A stretch of DNA of 63,119 nucleotides, the filler included, from Octopus bimaculoides (taxonomy: Eukaryota), in NCBI RefSeq assembly GCF_001194135.2. It is 6 parts of 6 records of this genome, joined end to end, with 100 filler letters (N's around TTAATTAATTAA, not from the genome) between each part and the next. Parts side by side here need not be neighbours in the genome. Positions count along the whole stretch, not along the records: positions 49,742 to 53,934 come from NC_068982.1; positions 54,035 to 59,990 come from NC_068983.1; positions 60,091 to 63,119 come from NC_068997.1; 3 more parts are not named here. The stretch is one strand, 5' to 3'. Shown piece by piece: positions 50,793 through 62,983 of the stretch; position 1 is the first letter of the stretch; every line of letters starts with the position of its first letter. The position numbers were made by a program, and so were the translations under genes. The notes beneath the pieces were generated by a model that did no database searches, was not told the DNA's origin, and was given only the letters and a program-made list of their open reading frames with translations.

Positions 50793-52196
50793 GAATAAGT
50801 TTTTGGTACAGTATTATATATATTTGAAAGAATGAATAAAGATGGCTTTTNNNNNNNNNNNNNNNNNNNNNNNNNNNNNNNNNNNNNNNNNNNNNNNNNN
50901 NNNNNNNNNNNNNNNNNNNNNNNNNNNNNNNNNNNNNNNNNNNNNNNNNNNNNNNNNNNNNNNNNNNNNNNNNNNNNNNNNNNNNNNNNNNNNNNNNNNN
51001 NNNNNNNNNNNNNNNNNNNNNNNNNNNNNNNNNNNNNNNNNNNNNNNNNNNNNNNNNNNNNNNNNNNNNNNNNNNNNNNNNNNNNNNNNNNNNNNNNNNN
51101 NNNNNNNNNNNNNNNNNNNNNNNNNNNNNNNNNNNNNNNNNNNNNNNNNNNNNNNNNNNNNNNNNNNNNNNNNNNNNNNNNNNNNNNNNNNNNTATATAT
51201 ATATATATATATATATTTATGTATATATGTAATTTTTTGCTGGAAATAGCTGTCGATAAAAGTTCGACGCCAGGTAAAGCTTCACTGAATGTATAGAGGC
51301 AAAGATGTATGCATGCGCCGACCGTAAAAAAATTTTGTTTCACCTCTAGGATGAACGCCAGAGAAGTGGACAACCTAGTGCTCGAGTTTCGAACTTTTCA
51401 GAATACATTTGTTATCGCAAAACCGGTTGGTTTACGTCAGCTAAGTCTACCAAAAAGACCATATTCAAAATAGCCGCTTGTATACTCGGCCAATAGCCCC
51501 AGCCATAAACAGAACATATTTATAATTCCACCTTTACAGTGCTTTATTTCGCAGGAAAATAACACTGTTGTATTGTAATAATATTTATATATATACATCC
51601 CCGCAAACGTTTACATAGATATACATATATATGCTTACATACATGCACGCTTATATGCATACATATCTGTGGTTTTGTCTGTGTTTGTTTGGGTAATAAG
51701 TAGCTAAACAGAGTGATAATGCATAAATATGTGTATATGAAATGTAATAAACATATATCCAGACTCACTGCAATGCGATGATAATTCGTTTGTAATCTCA
51801 GAAGTTTCAGCCGCTAACAGAGACTATCAATTGGAATGGTTTCGTCTTTCTAAGAAACACAGCAGGAATGGCTTTGCTTGCCTATCAACTACCGGAATTT
51901 AGAAATCTATATCTATAAGAAGATACATCTTTCTTAATTTATTCAATTGTAAATCAAGGTCAACGATTCCTGATATGAATTTTAAAAAAAGAAGAAAATA
52001 GATGCACTGATTCCCAGGATTAAGTGCAGAAGCACCTGTTGTTACTTAACACGTAATATTTTCGTACAGAGACTAAATACTATTAATTGTGATATATATG
52101 ATGAAAAGTATACACACGGAAATTCTCATACCTTCTCTACTTCTCTACTTCTCTGAGCGGGTATGAATACACTCACATGCATACACATATACATGC

Positions 52197-52250
<54 letters not shown>

Positions 52251-52261
52251 NNNNNNNNNNG

Positions 52262-52262
<1 letters not shown>

Positions 52263-52301
<39 letters not shown>

Positions 52302-52712
52302 TCATGAAGAAAAAAAAATGCTTTCTAATTGATGTATCAATACCAGCAGATGACAACGTTTCCCTAAAAGAAATGGAAAAACTTTCAAAATACAAAGACC
52401 TGGAAATAGAGATAACTGGAATGTGGAATCTAAAAACAGAAACACTTCCTATCATAGTAGGTGCCTTAAGTATAATAAAAAAAAATTCAGATAAATACAT
52501 AACAAAAACACCAGGACTTACAAATATATATAACATACAGAAAATTGCACTACTGGGCACTGCACACATCCTACGCAAAACACTTTCAATACAGTAACCA
52601 TAAGAGCACCACAGCAAACCACAGCACATACCCAAGGCGCACAGAGCTGCGCTCGCTAGTGAAGTGAAAGCACGTTATAAAAATAAAACTACTGAACAAT
52701 AATAATAATAAT
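52263..52712 (+). mobile_element. 3' end of a Dong-like (R4 clade) RLE retrotransposon between (TAA)n tracts
   Basis: KKKKCFLIDVSIPADDNVSLKEMEKLSKYKDLEIEI..MWNLKTETLPIIVGAL..IQKIALLGTAHILRKTL*, then a short UTR with AATAAA; (taa)n on both sides. Confidence 0.85.
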
Positions 52713-53559
52713 TATATAGATTTAATCAAAAGATTAAATGTGGTACTTAAAATGTTTGAGGCACCAGAATTTGGTAGGGTAAAAACCAAAAAGAAAATCA
52801 AGAGATTTGGTGAATAAAATTTGAAGAAAAGCAACAAAAGTGCATTAGGTTATAGCAGTACGTACGTTTCGTACAAACATCAATTATTTATTTAGTGAGT
52901 ACACCACATAAGATGTGCAATGAAAATGTACTCCTCAGCTGTATAATGGAAGTTCGTTTCAGAAAGTCATTTTGTAGATGTGTGCGAATACAAGATTAGG
53001 AGATGAAGAAAATACTATCTTCACTGGGCTGTTAAGATAGCAGTAATTTCAATTGAAATTACTGCTATCTCACCCCTCCAATTAGAATATATAGAAATTA
53101 AATTCATGTTTGATTCACTAGACTGTTGATTATATATATAAATAATATTTATATATTATTTATATTATTATATGATCAAATGCCACGCATATTTTTCCTA
53201 GTTTAATCTCAATAATTATGTTGCGCACACTTATTCTATCTCTTTTTTTTATCTATCTCCCTCTTTTGTTCTTCCTTTCTGTTTTTCTCTCCAAACCTTT
53301 CTCTATTCTTCTCCTCTACCCTTCACCGTTCCCCCTCTCTCTCTCTAAATTCTACCTCCTTGTCTCTCTCGTTGCTCACACATGTCCACAGCTATTCTTT
53401 CGTCCACTTTGTTCATTAAAACAAGAGGTGCTTTAAACTGTCTCTTCTTAAAGCTCATTTCTCCAGTATTCATCAGTACACATCACCTTGGCTTAAGAGC
53501 CTTCATCGTTTGTTTTTACTGTTTTGTTCTCACTATCCTGTTTTTGTTACCACTTACAC

Positions 53560-53748
53560 CCTCCGCAAAATATCCCAAATTTTATATAATTTGCTATGCG
53601 GGAAGGATTGCTTTAACGAAGTCGCGTCTTGCTCTTACCTTCGGAACGGGGAGTAGATAAAACAGGGGTCAACTGATGAAGGTAATGTTCTTTATGTTGC
53701 ATGACTCGTTTCTCATTCTGTCTACGTTTATTCATGTCCTGTACCCGT
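53560..53748 (-). mobile_element. Left end of the same maT-type element as 24905
   Basis: Reverse complement of ~24905-25110. Confidence 0.75.
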
Positions 53749-53754
53749 ATATGC

Positions 53755-53799
<45 letters not shown>

Positions 53800-53891
53800 G
53801 GTATGTACATATATGTATACATATATGCATATATTTATATATTATTTATATTATTATATGATCGAACTCCAGGCATCCTTTTCCAAGTAAG

Positions 53892-53934
<43 letters not shown>

Positions 53935-54426
53935 NNNNNNNNNNNNNNNNNNNNNNNNNNNNNNNNNNNNNNNNNNNNTTAATTAATTAANNNNNNNNNN
54001 NNNNNNNNNNNNNNNNNNNNNNNNNNNNNNNNNNCACACACACACACACACACACACACCAACCAACCAACCAACCAAGTGTTGGCATATATATTACAAC
54101 ATAAAATCATCTGATAATGCTTCAAATCGTTCGCAGAATTAATTCCGATTCTGACTTAACGTTGTATGAAACCATTCAGTCTATTCATTCCACCATCAGG
54201 CCACCAAAAACCTTACTCTTTTCATTGAGAAGAGTTAGAGGACGTTCCGTGTCCGTTACTTTTGCCTTTAGCTATAACCGCACGTCAAAACTTATCATTC
54301 TTGCAGTTTAACCATTTTTCTTTTCCACGTTTGGTTTAACAGACTCTCAGCCACTATAAGGATGAATGTGTAGTTTTGTAGACTTTGCATAAGATACCAC
54401 TGTTGCCACGTTCTTTTTGATCTTAC

Positions 54427-54525
54427 TTTCTTCCAAAATGTCCTTGGTTCCATTACTGTTTCAAGCGAAGTGTCAACCAACACTGCAACTCCGAAGTCAC
54501 TGTTCATCAGCTGCAGGGTGACGCA
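54427..54525 (-). CDS. Candidate 99-nt phase-0 exon (CVTLQLMNSDFGVAVLVDTSLETVMEPRTFWKK)
   Basis: Acceptor ttcccaacag, donor AAA|gtaaga, open frame. Confidence 0.25.
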
Positions 54526-55355
54526 CTGTTGGGAATCCAATTAATTATGGTGTAAATCGATCACAATTTCCTTCATAAATATGTTCAAAGTACCTGTCAT
54601 TTTTTACTTTTTTTTCTTGCTTGTTAGCTACATCTTGTTAATTGGAATCCTTTACTCGTAACTCTTGTCACCAGTAAATGTATTTGTTAAATTTTAGCTT
54701 TCTTGCTCACCACCCACGTGAATTCTCTGCCACTTATATTACGCTAAGTCCCTTTTTGCCTTCATAATGTGGTGATTAAAAAATATCGTTGGCTTCTGTT
54801 AAGGCAGTATCCAGGTCTTTCATATCCTCCAATTTAACTTCATGTGGCACCGGCTTGTCTATTTTCTCCTCGGGTTTATCGCATCGTATACGTACAAGCG
54901 CGCGCACGCACACTCACACACACGCAAGCCTTCATATATAGACTCACAAATTCCTAGGAATTATCTAAAAAAATGCTTACGTGTACAGTGCTCATTCATC
55001 TTTTTCTCACTGCGTATATACGCATGTGTGTGCTTGTCCACAAATATATGTTGTTCACATATATTCGAACGAAAGGAGTGGGTGTAATCAGGATTATTTA
55101 ATGTACATAGAAAGAATTCATTTAGTTTGAATTCGTAAGTAGAAACACCTGCATAAATCTCCTTTAAAGTCAGAATATATCTCGTTGATTTCCAAACGAA
55201 ATTGCGAAGCAAACTATTCTGTTCTTGTCATGGAAACTACCCAAAATGGTTTGTTGATATATTTATACATACCCTCAATATTCTATATGAATAGGTACAC
55301 GTATACGTATATGTAAGTACTACACACCACATGCATTCACACACACACACACACT

Positions 55356-55386
<31 letters not shown>

Positions 55387-55577
55387 GCACGTACACATTT
55401 CTGCGTCTCGGTGACACGTTTACATATACTCATGTTAATGTAGCATCGGTAGCACAACCCCAACACATAACTGTCACACATATCTACATACATCAAACTG
55501 TATACAGTTGAAATTACCGTCTTAGCTCTATTTTCATTCCCTTCCAATCTGCGTGTGCACAACAATGAAAGACTTAC

Positions 55578-55676
55578 TTCAGTTCTGGGCCTATTTCCGG
55601 TAAGCGATCTAAAGATGACGAATTTACGTGCAAGTGTTTTCTTCCGATTTAGCACTTCCCTATCAACGGATGTAAT
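55578..55676 (-). CDS. Candidate 99-nt phase-0 exon (ITSVDREVLNRKKTLARKFVIFRSLTGNRPRTE)
   Basis: Acceptor cattttgctag, consensus donor GAA|gtaagt; only this frame is open. Confidence 0.35.
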
Positions 55677-56076
55677 CTAGCAAAATGCATCTGGATTCAC
55701 TGACTTTAGACAAATTCGATCGATAGCAACAAGGCATTATTCAAAGAACCTTTGAACTTGTACAAATAGTGAGATAGTTTTTTTTTCTCTCTCGCTGAAC
55801 AAAAATCAAACTGTTTTGCAGAATCCTTCAGTAATCTTTATATTCAATCTCTGCGTTGTATCCGGATACAGTGTGGGCAGGAATGAAGTCAATAATATTA
55901 TATTATTCCAATAGTTACAGATTTATATTTGTAATCTCTTATGTTAACTAACATCTGTTACATGTAAGATAATATTGATTTATACCATTGGCACAATGCC
56001 ACATATTTGGAGTTAGTAGTGAATTGGATTCTATTGATAACTGCATATAACTGGTATTTAATTAATCAGTCTAAAA

Positions 56077-56430
56077 CAGTGGTTCCCACACAGGGAGAAT
56101 ATGGTCCTGTGGGTCCATATAAGATTTTGTGGGGGCGCATGCAACAAAACAGTAAATTGAGGGTCAACAATAGAATTTTAAGGACCCCTGTAACAATTTT
56201 GCTTTAGGTATATGTGTTGCTATGTATTACAAATAACAGCTAGGTTTGTTTCTCTAACATTTTGCACAGTTCAACCTACACAGGTATGATAAAGAAATGT
56301 ATGATAAAGAAAATAGGAATTTTGAAGGTAGTATCTACAAAACTAGGTTATAAACACAGAATGGTTATGGGGGTCCACCGGAATAAGATAACAAAGAGTT
56401 ACACGGATACAAAATGGTTGAGATCCCCTA
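56077..56430. mobile_element. hAT-Charlie-type MITE
   Basis: Ends cagtggttccca... and ...ggttgagatccccta; imperfect 8-bp TSD gtctaaaa / gtataaaa. Confidence 0.75.
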
Positions 56431-56669
56431 GTATAAAAGAATTGTAAAGTAAATCGTACACTTATTTGGATTCAGTATGCAGAGAGACGTAGGACACAAG
56501 AAAACAAAAGACTACTGTGGAATTCTACGATTGGTGGGCTGTCGTTCTATCCTTTAGTTTCAGATGATTTTGAAATACTCTTCCTCAAATCACTTCTTTT
56601 AGCTGTTGTTATTGTTATGTAGATACGATTATTTCAGGACAGAACTCACTAGTAACGTTACTTCCCGAG

Positions 56670-56877
56670 AGCCGGTTTCCCGGATCCCATGGCATATATA
56701 TACTCCACCTGGACGGAACGTCTATCCGTCGCAGGGTTACTCACTTTTGCCAGCTGAAGCAACGTGAAATGTAGTCTTTTTCTCAAGAACATAACGCGTC
56801 GCCCTGTGCATAAATCGAAACCACAGTATCAGGATCATGAGTTCAACACCCTAACTACTAAGCCATGCACCTCCACA
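56670..56877 (-). mobile_element. SINE with C-type head and the shared cctggacggga tail
   Basis: Minus-strand head tgtggaggtgcatggcttagtagttagggtg...gtttcgattt, body cagctggcaaaa. Confidence 0.8.
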
Positions 56878-57328
56878 GAACTCACTACTCCTTTGATAAA
56901 TACTATCCTTCATCTAGAATAGGATACTGTCCTTCACATGGAAACGGGACTTGGTCGTTTCTTCTCTAGTTCACTTTCTCCCTCTCTCTCACACTCTCTG
57001 TCCTCTCCTTTTTCCCCTTTGTTTCTCACATTTGTCTCTCTTTTCACTTCTGCTTGTCTTTCTTTCTGATAGAAATCATGTCTGGGCCATCCTGGAAAGC
57101 TATGGATTCCTCCAAGTTGTAAAAGCAAAAATATATCTCATATTACGATCTATAGAATGATGACGCTAAGGCCCTAAGGCAAGGCGTGTTCAAAATGTTA
57201 ATATATAGTAGTTTTCTTTTTTTATGATTGGAGGGTGCATTATGAAGAAACTTTGGCTTTAATTTCTGGCTGATGCGTCCTCAATAGACTATTGATGAGA
57301 GTAAACAATGAACGTTTGAGGTACTGAA

Positions 57329-57399
57329 AAATACTTTATATATCAACGTACCTCGTGTTATCGAATGAACCTTGATTTCGATATGTTTATCTCTCACTC

Positions 57400-57473
<74 letters not shown>

Positions 57474-57540
57474 TATATATATATATATCGAAATCGAGGT
57501 TCATTCGATAACACGAGGTACGTTGATATATAAAGTATTT
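57329..57540. repeat. Inverted repeat (~56-bp arms, 1 mismatch) enclosing (TC)n(TA)n
   Basis: aaatactttatatatcaacgtacctcgtgttatcgaatgaaccttgatttcgatat and its reverse complement at 57485-57540. Confidence 0.95.
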
Positions 57541-59207
57541 CATTATACTGTCGTTGTAGCCGACTATTTTAAAGCTATCCCGTGTAAATGTAGCTTAGTC
57601 ATATTGTTTCGTCATTGCTACGAATAACTTCTAAAAAATGATTTCTATTTTGAATGCAATATTTATTCAAAATAATTACAAGTAAAGATGTTTTGTCTGA
57701 AATAATCTTGATAAATATAAGTGAAGAAAATAACTAAGAAACCGTTCCACGAACACTTTAAACTATAATTTATATATTTTATTTCCTAACTTTTCTCTTT
57801 TTTTTATTATATGTTTTGCCACCTTATATATATATATATTTTTTTTTAATTTTTATTCAGCAAATTGGTTCATGTTGATAATTGAAAATCTGTCAAAAAA
57901 GTCTTCTTTAGAAGAGATTTATAAGTCAAGACCGTTTTAGAAAATGACTTTGCTTTGTTTTCGCTTTTGTCTTTTTTTTTTTGATTATTTTTTTTTTCTC
58001 ATTTTTAAATCTTAATTAACAAAAGTACTTCAAAATGAATTTTCTAAAATCATAAAATGGATTTAGCAGATAAAAGAAAATAATTGAATAACAATAATAA
58101 CATAATGGTGTCTATTCAGACACAAAGACTGTTATGTAAGTGTGTAGCGTATAGTCAAGGCACTGACTGAGGAACACTAAGTATTTGTTATTTTCCCCTC
58201 TGAAGTGGAGTACACAAAACACATACAAGTCGTTATATAACAAACTTCTGATATTGTAGAATCACCAGTTCATACTTTGAATCGTTTGAGTAAGTGAATA
58301 TTTCTCATATAAGCGTAGAAGAGGATGTTTAGAAAATAGAATAAGTGGCGTATATAGTTTTTCTCAGTGAGGAAAATATGAACATGTTCTAACAGATTGT
58401 AATAGGGTGCATTCGTGATTGAATCAATTCTTTTTTGTGGCCATATTTAGAGAAAAAGGAAATGAAGAAAAATAATGCGAGAAAAGTTGGACAGTCACAT
58501 GTGATACGAAATCATTTACTTTGTAAAATTATCTACAATACTTAGCTTTGGTAAAATCCAAATTCTTCAGAGATTTCAGTGATTGTAAAGAACACATCTT
58601 GCCATTTGAGTTACGAATAACATTTACAGTAATTGATTCTAACACAGATAGATGACCACAACATTGGTCTACTTTCACTGGTACTTCACGTTTTCGAAAT
58701 GGGAATAATGAAATGCGAAGTTTTTCTCGGTGCGATTTGCTCTCCAGGAAGTTAAGGACTGAAAATTATGCCAGAACGAAAAAGACAGACGAAATACCGC
58801 CAAGCATTTTGCCCAACGCTCATTCAAGCATTCTTTCCCATAAACCGAGTGTATGTTTCGAGTCTCATCGGCTTCAGAGTTTCCTTTTTTTGTACTCATA
58901 AAGCATTATGTGCCTCAAATGCTCTTTGGATATTTCCACGTTAGAAAGGGTTTTAATCAAAGAAATTTTAATTCCATTATTCTGTAAAACAATATTTAAT
59001 TAGCTTACATGTGCACGAATACATAAAAAATAATTTTAAATTCCATTAGACATTCTAAAATACTATTAAATTTCATTCAATTTAAAAAAAAAGGTAAAAT
59101 CGGACAGAACTTATGGGATGACCTGTTACATTACACTCACACACAAATATATATGCGCGCACACACACACGCAGACACATACACACATACACGCACACAC
59201 ACACACA

Positions 59208-59258
<51 letters not shown>

Positions 59259-59946
59259 GTATTAAAAAGGGAAAGAAAAAATAACAGTTTGCATATTTTC
59301 TTTATGCATTAGAGTAAAGATGTGTTGGCTATACGAGAACGTTATAAAGATTTGGCTCTGGGAAATGTCACTAACACGGTGTCTTTTCATATGGTTTGTT
59401 TATCTTGAATGGCTGACACGATATAAGTGAATAATAAAACTAGTTGAAATGTGTCGATGATTTGATATGGTTCTTCACCAGTATCTTTAAAAGAGACACT
59501 TTATTATAATATCACGAAATATATTCTTGAACAAACCTACGCTAGCTATTGATTATTTTCTCTTTTTTTTTTTGGTATGTTATATTATAGTTTCATCGTA
59601 TATGGTAGATGTTGTAAACACCTAGTATGTGCTTTATCATTTTAAATCACTCATCTTTTTATCTAGCGCGTGCCGTACAAGTCAAATCACAAACAGATAA
59701 AACTTGTCACCAAGTCTTTAAAACGACAGAGGAATAGGGTGATATCAGGTTTTAACATAGAACTTCAGCATAGAATGTGCGATGGATGGGTATATCATCC
59801 ACTATTTGCTGTTTTCTGGTTTAATCAGGAAGCGAAATCGGTTCGGAAACTTGAAGAAACTTGATTCTGCTCCCTAGAATTCATTTATATATATATATGC
59901 ATGTATGTATATATATATGTGTGTGTGTGTATGTGTGTGTGTGTGT

Positions 59947-59990
<44 letters not shown>

Positions 59991-60544
59991 NNNNNNNNNN
60001 NNNNNNNNNNNNNNNNNNNNNNNNNNNNNNNNNNTTAATTAATTAANNNNNNNNNNNNNNNNNNNNNNNNNNNNNNNNNNNNNNNNNNNNGCAGGCGTTG
60101 TCATCGTGACAAAAAAATTTTTTCTGTCGTCTCTTCATTTCTGACGAGTTGTATGAGAGATTCCGTATTCTGTACTAGGGGTCACCAGTGTAAAAGTTTA
60201 GATAGTGTTGTCATAAGTGATTTTAGTCTCTCTCTATCACCTTTCAACAGCATTATAAATGAAGAGACATTGGAACAATTTTACAACATAATAAAAATAA
60301 GATTTATTTTTTCTTGATGCTTGGTTTCACAATTCCTGTTATTCAGCTTAGCAGCCGCTGATTAAGTTGTAATTTGGTACTGGAAGGTTAAGGGCTTCCT
60401 TGACGCCTACCAGAGAAACAAGTAGCTATCACCATCGAAGGCATCGAGGTGAAGTGGTGATTCGTTGAGGAGCGAGGAGTTGTCATGTAGAAGGTCTGTG
60501 GCTCAACTCACTAACAAAGTGAAACTAACTGTTTAAGTACGAGT

Positions 60545-60630
60545 TTTACTACGCATGCGCACTCGAGGGGCTTCCGGTGGTGAAGTCCCCTGCGCATGCG
60601 CAGAATAATACTTCCTCAATGGCGGCTATA
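60545..60630. promoter_or_regulatory. Putative housekeeping-type, possibly bidirectional promoter
   Basis: Two NRF1-like motifs (cgcatgcgca 60552, tgcgcatgcgca 60591), an ETS motif cttccgg (60571) and a YY1-like aatggcggc (60618), within a CpG-rich patch. Confidence 0.5.
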
Positions 60631-60959
60631 ATTTCGCGCCACTACAACTGTCACAAATTTTGCTGGTGTTAGTGGTCTTCTTTCTGCTGTTGATGTTATT
60701 GTAGCTGTTGATGATGTTGGCGGTGACAACCACCACGCGTGGTTGACTACTAAGGCTTGGGTTGTTTGAGCACGAGGAAGCTAATACACTTTCTTCTACG
60801 ATCACTCCTCCATTTAAATCTGTGTATGAAAAGATTTCATCCAAAATCTCTGCCTTTCATTGGTTGGGCCTAGGCAATGGATGCACAGCACAACAATAAA
60901 TCTATAATTCGATCTGTGACCGACCATAGAAACCGCGTGCTCTCCAATTCCAAACAGTT

Positions 60960-61370
60960 GAGCGCAGTGTTTTGGCAGCACTTCACCGACCGCTTTTGAA
61001 GGAGTGGTATACTTGAGTCAACGGGATTTAAGGCCTACTTTGATGGTATGCCAAACCTGTCAGACAGGAAGGGTGAGTGTTACGAGAAACCAATTTCAGT
61101 GGAGGAAATGGCAGGTATACTAAGCCGCTGTGTGGAACGCAAATTACCAGGATTGGATGGTCTGCCCTGTAAACTATACTTCCACATGTCTGGTTTTGGC
61201 AGCTGTCTACTGCACTTGGCAACAGATTGGAAGCATTCCCAATTGTGTGAGCCAAGGAGTGGTGACTCTACTGGGGAAGGATCCGAATAAGGGGTACGTG
61301 ATTGAAAACTTCAGGCCCATAGCTCTGTTCAACACTGAGTTGAAGATTTTAGCTACGGTACACACAGTGT
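60960..61370 (+). mobile_element. Tx1/L1-type RT N-terminal fragment
   Basis: EKPISVEEM..KLPGLDGLPCKLY and GSIPNCVSQGVVTLLGKDPNKGYVIENFRPIALFNTELKILA. Confidence 0.85.
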
Positions 61371-61429
61371 GAGACGAGTGCTGTTATCGTTAGGCCTAAC
61401 TCATCGTAAGGTAAATACCACCATGACCG

Positions 61430-61705
61430 ATATTCAAAATACAGTGGAGAAGGCTAGCCACTGGATTTGGTTGAAAAGAGACGATGAGCGATGGCTAGAG
61501 AAATATTGAGCTTTGTTTTAATAATCAGTTGATCTAGCAAGCGGGGCCTCATATCAGTGAGGGGGGACGGTGCGCATTGATGCCGTCGAGAGGTAGGCCC
61601 CGAAACGGCGCGCATTCTCTCCTGATGACCCCATACACTTCCTGGCTTCCGGTATGCGGAGTTCTTGACTGGTAGCACTTGCATGTGCGAGTTGTTTGCA
61701 AGACA
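61430..61705 (+). mobile_element. HERO/NeSL-type ORF C-terminus and 3' UTR
   Basis: TVEKASHWIWLKRDDERWLEKY*, followed by the UTR shared with 7800-7995. Confidence 0.7.
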
Positions 61706-61860
61706 TATCAGTAAATATTAGTCAAATGAAATTACAAATGCTGTGTCCAGTCAATGTTAGTGCTGAAATTCCGACGCTATATTACAGGAATGGAAGGCAA
61801 GGCAACAGTAAGTAATAGTCCAATGAAATTACAAATGCTGTGTTCTGTCAGTCAGATTTA

Positions 61861-62185
61861 GGATTACTTTGCACTCATCAGTAGAGATAAACCGACAATA
61901 TACAAGCGAAAAATACATATACTTCCCGATAAATTTTTGCGTACAGATACCAATATATACATGCATTTCCCGCGTATATATTACATCTAATCACCCATGT
62001 TAATGATTATATCAGTGGCTAGCGTATAAAAAGCAACCATGGCCGAGATGGGTGATTAGATGCATTATATGCACGGGAAATACATGTATATATTGGTATC
62101 TGTACGCAAACATTTAGCGGTATGTATATGTATTTTTCGCTTATATATTGTCAGTTTATCTCTATTGAGGAGTGCAAAGTAATCC
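61861..62185. mobile_element. MITE with ~135-bp TIRs, possibly PIF/Harbinger (Tourist-like)
   Basis: ggattactttgcactc...gagtgcaaagtaatcc; GG termini; flanks tta / tca resemble a TWA TSD. Confidence 0.75.
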
Positions 62186-62614
62186 TCATCACAGAGCACG
62201 AAATCTTAAGAAATAGGATTATCCAAAATTTGTAAATCTTCTGACTTATTTCCTCACGTTCGGCCTTGGGTTATAGATAGAGAACAAATTTAGAGTGAGT
62301 TGTAGGTATTTGACAATTACTTCTAGTGTATAGGCGATGACATTCCAATGCCCTTAANNNNNNNNNNNNNNNNNNNNNNNNNNNNNNNNNNNNNNNNNNN
62401 NNNNNNNNNNNNNNNNNNNNNNNNNNNNNNNNNNNNNNNNNNNNNNNNNNNNNNNNNCATATAGACTAAAACCCGCACACTCATATATATACATATACTC
62501 ATACATATACACATACCCATATGTAAAAAAAAACTACATATACACAACCACTCATATATATATACACGGACTTAAACACTCACACATATATATAAAAAAA
62601 ATTAGGTAAAGTTT

Positions 62615-62983
62615 TTATATAAATAAAGTAATTTTTCGTTCATCAAAAGAATTAAATAAATTATTATCCTTATGAAATAATATCTCTTTAAATTCATTAT
62701 TACATAAATTACGAAAATTATTACCTATATGATAGGATTTTGCCTTACAAACTATCTCCCATTTTAAAATATAGTTACTATTATTAGATTTAAGTTCCCA
62801 AATATATCTACTGAGGCCAGTAGAATTAATCAAATTTCTATTCTTAAATGAGTGCATATGTTGAGCCACTCTTAATCTAATTTTATTAGAAGTCGATCCT
62901 ATATAAATCTTATTTAAATTATAAACATTATGTTTATTCACATTCAATAACTTCACTATACATTTACACACTACATCCTTCAA
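62615..62983 (-). pseudogene. Penelope-like element GIY-YIG endonuclease fragment
   Basis: KIYIGSTSNKIRLRVAQHMHSFKN...STGLSRYIWELKSNN..Y.LKWEIVCKAKSY...NLCNNEF, the YIG half-motif plus a downstream pattern typical of PLE endonucleases. Confidence 0.75.

Noticed and set aside
11761-53982. Long ORFs rich in X, HT, YI, CV, SL or N runs
   Set aside because: They are translations of N-gaps and microsatellites.
54200-54600. Possible piggyBac C-terminal remnant
   Set aside because: No Cys-rich domain, TTAA or TIR was found.
58845-58885. Minus-strand CCGATGA-gactc-GAAAC hammerhead-like string
   Set aside because: Stem II cannot form, there is no NUH site or stem I, and it abuts a SINE B fragment.
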